A model generated the notes under the pieces. It was not told the origin of the DNA and made no database searches. It saw nothing but the letters and a program-made list of their open reading frames with translations. Of a stretch of 64,000 nt of DNA, positions 15,526 through 33,652 are shown in pieces. A program made the translations under genes and the position numbers. How positions within the stretch are numbered: position 1 is the first letter of the stretch; every line of letters begins with the position of its first letter. This stretch comes from an uncultured Gemmatimonadales bacterium (GTDB lineage Bacteria; Gemmatimonadota; Gemmatimonadetes; Longimicrobiales; RSA9). Location of the stretch: NCBI GenBank assembly GCA_963708135.1, contig OY970192.1, positions 2,413,465 through 2,477,464 of the forward strand. Direction: 5' to 3'.

Positions 15526-15612
15526 GGAGCGGCGCTTCACGATTCGGGTGGGCCCGCGGCGCCGTAGGCGCCTGCAGGAGCAGGCGGATGCGGGCGCCGG
15601 GGCGGGCGCGGG

Positions 15613-19963
<4,351 letters not shown>

Positions 19964-19972
19964 ATTGGTGTC

Positions 19973-24149
<4,177 letters not shown>

Positions 24150-24424
24150 GGTGGCTCTCCCTCCTCAGGCCCTCGGGGCGGCAAAGAGTGCGCGGCGCGC
24201 CGTGGCGGCGCCGCACGAAGCGGCGCGCATGCGGCCCGTTCGGGTCAACAAGCGCACAAACCCCCCGAACCGCCGACGGGGGCGGGGGGATCGGTGCGCA
24301 CCGGATCTCGTGAAATTTGGTCTCGCTCGCGCGGAGCATGGGCACCCTTCGTCAGCTGTTTCACTCGGCCAGCGGGACGTCCGTCCCGGCCGGCGGCCGG
24401 GACGGAACGCGCACGCGGGGCGAG

Positions 24425-24793
24425 CTACTTCAGCTCGACGTCGGCGCCCTGCTCCTCGAGCTTGGCCTTGACCTGCTCGGCCTCATCCTTGGAAACGGCC
24501 TCCTTGACGGCCCTGGGCGGGTTGTCCACCAGGTCCTTGGCCTCCTTGAGGCCGAGGCTGGTGACCTCGCGGACGACCTTGATGACCTGGATCTTCTTGG
24601 GTCCAGCGCCCTTGAGGATGACGTCGAACTCCGTCTGCTCCTCGACGGCCGGCGCGGCGGCCGGCGCGGCGGGGGCGGCGGCGGCGACGGCGGCCGTGAC
24701 GTTGAACTTCTCCTTGAAGGCCTCGACGAAGTCCGCCAGCTCGAGGACGGTCATGTTGCCGATGGCGTCGAGCAGCTCTTCCTTGTTAGCCAT
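24425..24793 (-). CDS. rplL: 50S ribosomal protein L7/L12
   Basis: Start set at [30 protein letters not shown]; Ala/Pro hinge; C-terminal KEAKDLVDN. Confidence 0.9.
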   Translation of the reverse strand: MANKEELLDAIGNMTVLELADFVEAFKEKFNVTAAVAAAAPAAPAAAPAVEEQTEFDVILKGAGPKKIQVIKVVREVTSLGLKEAKDLVDNPPRAVKEAVSKDEAEQVKAKLEEQGADVELK

Positions 24794-24827
24794 GTCGCGT
24801 CTTCCTGTGATACGGATGAAGGTGGAT

Positions 24828-25349
24828 TCAGCCTTGCTCTCGCTCGGCACGCAGCGCCTCGAGCAGACCGGAGAACTCGCTCAGCTTCCCCTGCAGGACG
24901 AAGAGCATCTGGGCCAGCGGCGCCTGGAGGGCGCCGGCCAGCTGGGCCAGGAGCTGCTCGCGGGGCGGCAGCTTGGCCAGACGCCCGATCTCCTCGGGCG
25001 TAACCGCGCGGTGCTCGACGACGCCGGCCTTGAAGGCGGGGCGGTTGTCGTGCGCCCGGGCGAACTCGTCCAGGACCTTCGCGGCGGCGACGGGATCGGC
25101 GGTAAAGGCAACCGCCGTGGGCCCGACGAAGAACTCCGCGACGTCGGGCAGCTCGAGCTGCGTGAGCGCCCGCTTGACGAGGGTGTTCTTGACCACGAGG
25201 TACTCGACGCCGGCGTTGCGCAGCCGGGCGCGCAGCTCGGTGGCGTTCTTGACGTTGAGGCCCGTGAAGTCGGTGAGGTAGAACGCCTCGGCGCCCTTCA
25301 GCTTGGACGCCAGCCCATCGACGACGGCCTGCTTCTCCTGAACGTTCAT
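24828..25349 (-). CDS. rplJ: 50S ribosomal protein L10
   Basis: 173 aa, [33 protein letters not shown]. Confidence 0.9.
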   Translation of the reverse strand: MNVQEKQAVVDGLASKLKGAEAFYLTDFTGLNVKNATELRARLRNAGVEYLVVKNTLVKRALTQLELPDVAEFFVGPTAVAFTADPVAAAKVLDEFARAHDNRPAFKAGVVEHRAVTPEEIGRLAKLPPREQLLAQLAGALQAPLAQMLFVLQGKLSEFSGLLEALRAEREQG

Positions 25350-26056
25350 CGGGCGGCCACCCGGCGGTAGAGGTTCGGATCGATCCGCACGCCCGGCCCC
25401 ATGGTGCTGGAGACGGTGACGCTGCGGATATAGGTGCCCTTGGCCGCGGACGGCTTGGCCCGGACGACGTTGTCCATGAAGGCGTCGAGGTTCTCCGCGA
25501 GGTCCTCGACGGAGAACGAGACGCGGCCGATCGGCGCGTGCAGGTTGCCGGTCTTGTCCACGCGGAACTCGATCTTTCCGGCCTTGATCTCGGTGATGGC
25601 GCGGCCGACGTCGAAGGTGACGGTGCCGGCCTTGGGCGACGGCATGAGGCCGCGCGGACCGAGGATACGACCGAGCTGGCCGAACTGCCCCATGACATCG
25701 GGGGTCGCGACGGCGACGTCGAAGTCGATCCAGCCGTCCTTGATCTTCTGGATGTACTCCATGCCGACGAAGTCGGCGCCGGCCTCCTCGGCCTCGCGGA
25801 CCTTCTCGCCCTGGGCCACGACGAGGACGCGGACGGCCTTGCCGGTGCCGTGGGGCAGCACGACGGTGCCGCGCACGATCTGGTCGGCGTGGCGCGGATC
25901 GACGCCGAGGCGGACGGCGACCTCGACGGTCTCATCGAACTTCGCGAACGAGGTCTCCTTGACCAGGCGGAGCGCCTCCACCGGCTGGTCGAGCGGATTC
26001 TCGCGCGCCGGGACGGCCGTCGCGGCCTTGCGGAACTTCTTCCCGTGCGCCGGCAT
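25346..26056 (-). CDS. rplA: 50S ribosomal protein L1
   Basis: 236 aa, [10 protein letters not shown]...[13 protein letters not shown]. Confidence 0.95.
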   Translation of the reverse strand: MPAHGKKFRKAATAVPARENPLDQPVEALRLVKETSFAKFDETVEVAVRLGVDPRHADQIVRGTVVLPHGTGKAVRVLVVAQGEKVREAEEAGADFVGMEYIQKIKDGWIDFDVAVATPDVMGQFGQLGRILGPRGLMPSPKAGTVTFDVGRAITEIKAGKIEFRVDKTGNLHAPIGRVSFSVEDLAENLDAFMDNVVRAKPSAAKGTYIRSVTVSSTMGPGVRIDPNLYRRVAAR

Positions 26057-26481
26057 CAGTCCACCACCGTGTAGCCCATGGAGCGGGCGGTGCCCTCGAC
26101 CATGCGCATGGCGGACTCGACGCTGCCGGCGTTCAGGTCCGGCATCTTGAGCTGGGCGATCTCGCGCACCTGCTGGCGCGTCACCGAGGCGACCTTGTCC
26201 CGGTTGGGCGCCGCGGAGCCCTTGTCCTTGCCGGCGGCCTTCTTGAGCAGGACGGCGGCCGGCGGTGTCTTCGTGATGAAGGTGAAGGAGCGGTCCGCGA
26301 ACACGGTGATCTCGACGGGGATGATCATCCCCGGCTGACCCTGCGTGCGCGCGTTGAACTGCTTGCAGAACTCCATGATGTTGACGCCGTGCTGACCGAG
26401 CGCCGGCCCCACGGGGGGGGCGGGGTTGGCCGCGCCGGCGGGCACCTGGAGCTTGATGAACCCGACGACCTTCTTCGCCAT
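26056..26481 (-). CDS. rplK: 50S ribosomal protein L11
   Basis: 141 aa, [43 protein letters not shown]. Confidence 0.95.
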   Translation of the reverse strand: MAKKVVGFIKLQVPAGAANPAPPVGPALGQHGVNIMEFCKQFNARTQGQPGMIIPVEITVFADRSFTFITKTPPAAVLLKKAAGKDKGSAAPNRDKVASVTRQQVREIAQLKMPDLNAGSVESAMRMVEGTARSMGYTVVD

Positions 26482-26607
26482 GGAACCTTTCTCATCTACG
26501 GTCGGGGCGGCGGCGCGCCGGCTCGACCGCGCGGTTTCAGCGGCCCGGGCGGAGGCGGTTCAGGCGGCGCGGCACGCGTCGCCGTCCTGCCTCCCCGAAG
26601 CCTCCCG

Positions 26608-27159
26608 CTAGTATCCCTTGAGCTGGGTATAGTCCAGCTCGACGGAGGTGGGGCGGCCGAACAGGCTGACCTCCACCTTCACCTTCCCCTTGTCGTGGTA
26701 GACTTCCTGGACCGTTCCGGTGAAGTCGCTGAACGGCCCTTCGGTGACCTCGACGACCTGACCGGCGCGGAACGGGATCTCCTCCCGCGGCTCGAGCTCC
26801 TCCTCGACCGGGGCGAGGCCGAGGATCTTGTTGATCTCGTCCTCGCGCAGCGGCTGGGGCTCCTTGCCGGCGCCCACGAACTTGATGACACCCTGGATGT
26901 TGTTGATCACGTGCATGGTGCGCTGATTCGCGATCATCTTCACCAGGACGTATCCGGGGTAGAGCCGGCGGGTCACGGTGACCCGCTTACCGTTCTTGAT
27001 CTCCACGACGTCCTGCGTGGGGACCATGACCTCCTGGATGCCCTTCTCCTCGGGCGTCTCGCCGGCCTCCTCCGCGATCCGGTGCTCGATGAGCTTCTTG
27101 ACCTTGTTCTCGTGGCCGGAGTAGGTCTGGATCGCGTACCAGCGGGCGTCTTCCACCAT
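26608..27159 (-). CDS. nusG: transcription termination/antitermination factor NusG
   Basis: 183 aa, WYAIQTYSGHENKV (NGN domain) and C-terminal KOW (GQVVEVTEGPFSDFTGTV). Confidence 0.9.
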   Translation of the reverse strand: MVEDARWYAIQTYSGHENKVKKLIEHRIAEEAGETPEEKGIQEVMVPTQDVVEIKNGKRVTVTRRLYPGYVLVKMIANQRTMHVINNIQGVIKFVGAGKEPQPLREDEINKILGLAPVEEELEPREEIPFRAGQVVEVTEGPFSDFTGTVQEVYHDKGKVKVEVSLFGRPTSVELDYTQLKGY

Positions 27160-27162
27160 ACC

Positions 27163-27369
27163 TCAGCGCGTGAACAGGGTAATGACCCCGCCGAGCACGT
27201 TGCGGACAGTGACATCCATGAGCCAGATCACGAGCGAGACGACGAGCGAGAAGAAGATGATGACCGCCGTCACGTTCTTGAGCTGGGGCCAGTCGGGCCA
27301 CGTGACCTTCTTGACCTCCTCCACCGTCTCCTGGGTGAAGGACCGTACGCGGGCGAGGGAATTCGCCAT
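27163..27369 (-). CDS. secE: preprotein translocase subunit SecE
   Basis: Start set at [25 protein letters not shown], 68 aa with a single TM; position between rpmG and nusG. Confidence 0.8.
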   Translation of the reverse strand: MANSLARVRSFTQETVEEVKKVTWPDWPQLKNVTAVIIFFSLVVSLVIWLMDVTVRNVLGGVITLFTR

Positions 27370-27521
27370 TACTTCGTTTCCTTGTGCAGCGTGTGCACAT
27401 TGCAGCGCGGGCAGTGCTTCTTCCACTCGACGCGCTCGGGATGCTTGCGCTTGTTCTTGGTCGTGAAATAGTTGCGCTCCTGGCACTGGGTGCACGCCAG
27501 GATGACCTTGTCACGGGGCAC
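27369..27521 (-). CDS. rpmG: 50S ribosomal protein L33 (GTG start; not in ORF track)
   Basis: Hand-translated: [50 protein letters not shown], 50 aa, two CxxC pairs; RBS ggaggtgag; TAATG stop/start overlap with secE. Confidence 0.8.
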   Translation of the reverse strand: MPRDKVILACTQCQERNYFTTKNKRKHPERVEWKKHCPRCNVHTLHKETK

Positions 27522-27769
27522 GTCTCACCTCCGGGCCGGGAGCCGAACGAATCCGGTGCAGCCTTTATGATATCCCGAAGCGCCGTGCCGGTTCCGCCGG
27601 CGCCCGGTGCCGGCGCGCTCCACGCAGGGTGGAGCCGACCGGCGGGTCGAGTCGATCGAGGTGTCGATCAATGGTTTCGGGGACGACGCGCGCGCCGGCA
27701 GTAGCGCCGGGGGTGTCCCGCACGCGCGGCTCCCGAGTACAAGGCGCGCGCGTGCGACTGCGTGCCGCG

Positions 27770-28963
<1,194 letters not shown>

Positions 28964-29000
28964 GATTCCCCTCGAGAGTGATCGCCGGTCCAGGTTCAGG

Positions 29001-29072
<72 letters not shown>

Positions 29073-29283
29073 CATCGTAGCGCGGCGCGGCCGAAGGAGG
29101 CATCCTCCGCCCGCGCCGCGACAGTTCATCTCGGAGCGACGGGGACCGCGGCGGGCGCTACGGCCGGCGGGGCCCCCGGGGTCCCGGGCGGGCGCGAGGG
29201 CCGGCTCCGAGACAGACCGCAATGATATAGGAGGAGAGGGAGGGAGTCAAGGGCTGGGACGGCCCGGGACGGCGGGACCGCGG

Positions 29284-29402
29284 GTCAGGGTGGGGGTGGG
29301 GGTGCGGGAAACGGTGGGGGTGGGGGTGGGGGTGAGGCGGCGGACGGGAGGGGTGGGAGGGACAGGGGGAGTGGGTTACATTGGCGGGCGGGGCGGGCGG
29401 GG
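29284..29402 (+). repeat. G-rich microsatellite tract, (GGTGGG)n hexamers; G-quadruplex-forming potential
   Basis: gggtgggggtgggggtgcggg...ggtgggggtgggggtgggggtgagg then further GGG runs to 29402; lies on the coding strand just upstream of the 29438 ORF. Confidence 0.6.
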
Positions 29403-29437
29403 GAGCGCCCCAGGGAAACTTCAACGCGGAGTGAAGA

Positions 29438-29620
29438 ATGCTGGAGTTCAAGGAGAATCAGTGGGGGACGGGGTACACGGTGCTGAAGGACGGGGAGCGG
29501 GTGGCGTCGGTGATCCCGCAGGGGGACAAGGTGGGGTACACGGTGTTCAACACGCCGGACATGGGGACGAAGGGGTCGATCGAGGACGTGAAGTCGCACC
29601 TGGAGAAGGTGCTCGGCTGA
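29438..29620 (+). CDS. small hypothetical protein (60 aa) with internal GYTV duplication
   Basis: MLEFKENQWGTGYTVLKDGERVASVIPQGDKVGYTVFNTPDMGTKGSIEDVKSHLEKVLG; GC3 near 95% with consistent G-ending codons; RBS ggag 7 nt upstream; two hairpins after the stop (29621-29690). Confidence 0.6.
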   Translation: MLEFKENQWGTGYTVLKDGERVASVIPQGDKVGYTVFNTPDMGTKGSIEDVKSHLEKVLG

Positions 29621-29840
29621 GGCTCCGGCGGAGCCGAACGGAACGCGCCCGGCCGCGAGAGAACGCGGTGCGGGCGCGTTCCGCATTCGGGGGGCCGGCT
29701 CCGGGTCCGCGCGGGGTGCTTCCGGCCGCATCCGGGGGATCCCCGGTCCCCGGAGCCTGCGCCGGGAGATCCCGAGCAGTGGGGGCCGCACGGATCGGCC
29801 GGCCCGCGTGGGGCGGGGCGGCCGATCGGGGGTGGGGGAG

Positions 29841-29913
29841 AGCGGGCGACCGGGCTCGAACCGGCGACCCCGAACTTGGAAGGCTCGTGCTCTACCAACT
29901 GAGCTACGCCCGC
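29841..29913 (-). tRNA. tRNA-Gly (anticodon TCC)
   Basis: Acceptor GCGGGCG/CGCCCGC, D-arm GCTC-AGTTGGTA-GAGC, anticodon loop CTTCCAA, T-arm GCCGG-TTCGAGC-CCGGT. Confidence 0.85.
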
Positions 29914-30218
29914 GAAAGCGGCCGGAGCGGGCCGGCCGGGGAGGAAAGATAGCGCTGGAGGCGCTGGGTCTCAAGTCGGAGCGGGGCAGGCCGGGCGGCG
30001 CTCGGGGGGTGCCGGCGGGGTCCGGGGCATCGAGCGGGGAGGGGGGTCGGATCGGGGGCCGGCGCGAGCTGGGCGAGGGGGGTGGGTGGGCTCGGGGTGG
30101 CGGGGTCGAGGGTGGCACGACTCGTGCGCCCCGGGGCGACGACTCAAAGTACTCCAACCGGTTGTCCAGGCGGGTGTTACAGACGCCGGTCGGATTCTCG
30201 AACTGGAGGTTTGCTGCC

Positions 30219-31184
30219 ATGGGCCGGACACTGACCACGATCGCGCTGCTGGCGGTCACGAGTGCCTCGCTGCTGGCGGGCTGCGGCGATCAGAACAACG
30301 CTGTGACGACGGGCGGAACGGGGCGGATCTCGATCATGCTGACGGACGCGCCCTCGGCGACGGTGCAGTCGGCGGTGGTGACGATCTCGAAGGTGTACCT
30401 GGTGGGGAGCGCGGCGGACACGGCGGACGCTTCGGCGCAGGTGCAGCTGCTGCCGGCGCCGGTGACGACGGACCTGCTGACGCTGTCGAACGACCTGGCG
30501 ACGCTCGTGGACACGATGACCGTGAAGGCGGGCACCTACCAGCAGCTGCGGTTCGTGATCGACGGGGCGTACATCCAGACGGTGGACGAGAACGGCGCGA
30601 CGCACGCGTACGCGACGGCTGGGTATGCCAACGCGCCGGGCCCGGTAGAGGGGACGCTGAAGTGCCCGAGCTGCGCGCAGAGCGGGATCAAGGTGAACCT
30701 GCCGGACGGGGGCCTCACAGTGGCAGAGGATGAGACGACGGGGCTGCTGGTCAACTTCAACGTGGCGGACACGTTCGGCCACCAGGCGGGGAACTCCGGG
30801 ATGTGGGTCATGCACCCGACACTGAACGCCACGGAGGCGACGCTGGCGGGGAAGGTGCACGTCACGCTGGCGCTTCCGGACTCGGTCACGCTGCCGATGA
30901 TCGACACGGTGACGACGACGCTGGGCAGCTTCTCGGCTGAGTTGAAGCCGGCGGGTGCGGATTCGACCGCAACGGGCACGATCGTTCAGTTCACGAACAG
31001 CAACGGCACGTACGTGGCCGACTACAGCTACCTGGTGCCCGGAACCTACACGCTGGACATCGTGGGCCCGTCGGGTCTCACGTTCACGACCTCGCCGGTC
31101 ACGCAGACGGTGACGGTCGAGGGTGGCGGCACGGCGAACGCGGACTTCACGATCACGTCAGCGGTGCTTGCCGCCGGCGGCTAA
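30219..31184 (+). CDS. DUF4382-family lipoprotein
   Basis: Start at MGRTLTTIALLAVTSASLLAGC (lipobox LLAGC; RBS ggaggt 8 nt upstream); ISIMLTDAPSATVQSAVVTISKVYLV is a DUF4382-like N-terminal motif; ORF-track ORF starts further upstream in frame. Confidence 0.75.
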   Translation: MGRTLTTIALLAVTSASLLAGCGDQNNAVTTGGTGRISIMLTDAPSATVQSAVVTISKVYLVGSAADTADASAQVQLLPAPVTTDLLTLSNDLATLVDTMTVKAGTYQQLRFVIDGAYIQTVDENGATHAYATAGYANAPGPVEGTLKCPSCAQSGIKVNLPDGGLTVAEDETTGLLVNFNVADTFGHQAGNSGMWVMHPTLNATEATLAGKVHVTLALPDSVTLPMIDTVTTTLGSFSAELKPAGADSTATGTIVQFTNSNGTYVADYSYLVPGTYTLDIVGPSGLTFTTSPVTQTVTVEGGGTANADFTITSAVLAAGG

Positions 31185-31261
31185 GCCGGGCGTCGGGCGC
31201 GACCCGGTCGAGGGGACTGGCCCTCCCCGGCAGGACGCGCCGAGGAGGGAGAGAAGGCGGA

Positions 31262-31300
31262 GAGGAGCGGCGGTCCGGGGGGCTGCCGCTCCTCTTCGTT
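31262..31300. terminator. Hairpin between convergent genes (DUF4382 and flotillin); bidirectional terminator candidate
   Basis: gaggagcggc-(13 nt)-gccgctcctc, perfect 10-bp stem, followed by ttcgttcg. Confidence 0.35.
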
Positions 31301-31331
31301 CGCTGCCGAGCGGGTCTGGTTGGAGGGCTCG

Positions 31332-32669
31332 CTACTTCGGCGCGCTCCGGACCGCAGCGGCGTCGGGATCCGGGATGGGCGTCGCGACGATGGCGGCGCC
31401 GTCGGTCGCGCGACGGCCACGCGCGCTGAGCAGCGCCTCGACGTCCACGCCGAACGCCGTGGAGAGCTGCTCGACGAGGGCGAGGGCGCCGCGGAAGCGC
31501 TGGTTGGCGACGTTGGCGATGCCGTCGCCATCGCCGCCGTCCACGACGACCATGCGGTCGACGTCGATGCCCTCGACGGCCCTGGACGCGACCTCCATCA
31601 GGCCCGGCAGCTTCTCGGCCATGAAGACCTGGAAGCCGCGTTCGCCGCCCCCGCGGATGGTGGAGAAGAGCAGCTCGAGGACCTGGGCCTGCGCCCGGCC
31701 CGTCTCGAGAATGGGCGCCGCGGTGGCCTTCGCCCGGGACTCGGCGGCCGTGCGCTCCGCTTCGGCCGGCGTGATGACATCGGCGTTGAGGCGCTCCCGC
31801 TCCGTCTCCGTGCGCCGCTGCTGCAGCTCGCGCTGCGCCTCGACCTCGGCGCGCTCGGCGGCGACGCGGGCGATCTTGTCCGCGGTTTCCGACTCCTGCC
31901 GGAGCTGGGCCTGGCGCACCTTCAGCTGCGTCTGCGCCTCCGAGATCTGGATCTGGGCGTGCGCCTCCGCCACGGCCGCAGTCTGGTCCGCGGCGGCTTT
32001 CTTCTGCCGCGTCTCCGACTGGTTCTCCGCCTCGGCCACCTCGGCCTCCTTGATCACCTGCGCCGTCTTCTTCCGCCCCATGGCGTCCAGGTAGCCGACC
32101 TCGTCGCTCACGTTCTGGATCTTCAGCACGTCCAGCGAGAAGCCCAGCTTCTTGAGATCGTTCTCCGCCTCCTCCGCCAGGTTCTGCGCGAACATGAGGC
32201 GGTCCTCGTTGACCTGCTCCGGCGTGAGCGTCGCCAGCACGCCCCGCAGGTTGCCCGTCAGCGTCTCCTTCGCCAGCCCCTCGATCTCGTCGGGCAGCTT
32301 CCCGAGCAGTCGCTCCACGGCGTTGTTGAAGTCGGTCTCCGGCTCGGAGGCGATCTTCACGTTCGCGATGGCCTGCACGCTCAGCGGGATGTTCCCCTTC
32401 GAGAAGGCGTTGGCGACCGTGATCTCCAGCGGGATCGTCGCCAGCGACAGGTACTGCGCGCTCTCCAGGATCGGGATCCGGATCGTCCGGCCCCCGATGA
32501 CGGCCCGGTAGCCGACGCGCTGCCCGTCGTTCAGCGTGCGACGCCGGCCGGTGATCACCGCCGCCCGGTTCGGCGGTACGATGATGATGAGGCTGCTGAT
32601 CGTCCAGATGACGACGAGCACGGCCGCGAACACGACCAGTCCCGCCACCACGCCGAAGCTCTCCAGCAT
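31332..32669 (-). CDS. flotillin-like SPFH/band-7 protein (YqiK/FloT family)
   Basis: 445 aa; N-terminal TM, SPFH domain, then a long Ala/Glu/Gln coiled coil (AEVAEAENQSETRQKKAAADQTAAVAEAHAQIQISEAQTQLKVRQAQLRQE). Confidence 0.85.
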   Translation of the reverse strand: MLESFGVVAGLVVFAAVLVVIWTISSLIIIVPPNRAAVITGRRRTLNDGQRVGYRAVIGGRTIRIPILESAQYLSLATIPLEITVANAFSKGNIPLSVQAIANVKIASEPETDFNNAVERLLGKLPDEIEGLAKETLTGNLRGVLATLTPEQVNEDRLMFAQNLAEEAENDLKKLGFSLDVLKIQNVSDEVGYLDAMGRKKTAQVIKEAEVAEAENQSETRQKKAAADQTAAVAEAHAQIQISEAQTQLKVRQAQLRQESETADKIARVAAERAEVEAQRELQQRRTETERERLNADVITPAEAERTAAESRAKATAAPILETGRAQAQVLELLFSTIRGGGERGFQVFMAEKLPGLMEVASRAVEGIDVDRMVVVDGGDGDGIANVANQRFRGALALVEQLSTAFGVDVEALLSARGRRATDGAAIVATPIPDPDAAAVRSAPK

Positions 32670-32678
32670 CCGATCCTC

Positions 32679-33356
32679 CTACTCCGAGGGTGCATCGAAG
32701 GGGGCGACGAGGGCCGTGCCCTCGCGCATCTCCACGATCACGACGTCTCTGCCGACGTCGGTCGCTATGGGGTCGCGTCCGAACGGCCGCGCCCGCAGCT
32801 CGTACTCGCGCGCACCACGCCGGACCAGGATCCGGCCGGAGCGCTGCGCGTCGACGGGCAGCACCACCGTGGCGGCCAGCCCGACGAAGCTGCTCTCGCC
32901 CTGCCGCTCGCCGGCCTCCGTCGAGCGGACCCATCCGAACACGGCGACGCTCACGCCCGCCGCCAGCACCCCGCAGAGCCCGCTGCCGGCCGCGACCAGC
33001 AGCGGGCTCGCGGCCGGTGCCAGGCGCGCGAGCAGCACGCCGGTCGCCCCGAAGCCGAACAGAAAGTAGGTGACGGTGCGCAGCGAGAGGATGCGGACCG
33101 CCTGCACGTCGTGGCCGCCGGACGCCGCGGCGCCGGACGCGTCCGTCAGGGCGTGGGCGCCGATGGCGACGTCGCCTTCCGCACCCTCCGTTGACAGCTC
33201 GACCTCGTGGCCGCCGCCGGCAAAGTCGACGTCGTGCCCCCCGAAGCCGATGTCCGCATCGTGTCCGCCAAGCACGTCGCCGAACAGATCGCCGAGCAGC
33301 GACACGAGGAGCATCCCGCCGCCGACGATGAGGGAGAACCAGTAGAGGGACTGCAT
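32679..33356 (-). CDS. NfeD-like (YqiJ family) membrane protein, flotillin partner
   Basis: 225 aa; N-terminal TM helices and His/Asp-rich spacer, C-terminal beta-rich NfeD-like domain (GRILVRRGAREYELRARPF...VVIVEMREGTALVAP); sits directly upstream of flotillin. Confidence 0.7.
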   Translation of the reverse strand: MQSLYWFSLIVGGGMLLVSLLGDLFGDVLGGHDADIGFGGHDVDFAGGGHEVELSTEGAEGDVAIGAHALTDASGAAASGGHDVQAVRILSLRTVTYFLFGFGATGVLLARLAPAASPLLVAAGSGLCGVLAAGVSVAVFGWVRSTEAGERQGESSFVGLAATVVLPVDAQRSGRILVRRGAREYELRARPFGRDPIATDVGRDVVIVEMREGTALVAPFDAPSE

Positions 33357-33504
33357 CAGAGGGACTGCATTCTGTATCCGAGCGGGCCAGGGGGCCGGAC
33401 GATCCTGTCAGGGATGAAGTTTGCGCGCCCGTCCCGGCCTGGCAAGAGGACGTGCCGCCGTCTCCCCTCGGTTCGAGCAGTGGTGGGAAATTCTTTCCCG
33501 CAAG

Positions 33505-33577
33505 AGCTGACGGTGGGACTCGAACCCACGACCTGCCGCTTACAAGGCGGCTGCTCTACCAGCTGAGCTACGTCAGC
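33505..33577 (-). tRNA. tRNA-Thr (anticodon TGT)
   Basis: Acceptor GCTGACG/CGTCAGC, D-arm GCTC-AGCTGGTA-GAGC, anticodon loop CTTGTAA, T-arm GTGGG-TTCGAGT-CCCAC. Confidence 0.85.
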
Positions 33578-33652
33578 ACGCCAAGACCTTACCCGTCCCC
33601 GCCCTCAGAGGTCAACGCAGGGAGCCCCGAGCCCGGCATCCCGCATCCCGCG

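Noticed and set aside
27525-27769. Expected tRNA-Trp between tuf and rpmG; tRNA-Tyr in the thr-gly-thr cluster
   Set aside because: No cloverleaf with T-loop TTCGA/TTCAA motif could be folded by eye in these spacers; only a hairpin (27608-27633) and an AT-richer patch gatatcataaagg (possible rpmG promoter) were seen
29158-29451. ORF encoding PPHPHPHPHRFPHPHPHPDP over the (GGTGGG)n tract
   Set aside because: Translation of a simple-sequence repeat on the strand opposite the well-supported small gene region; no RBS; low-complexity only
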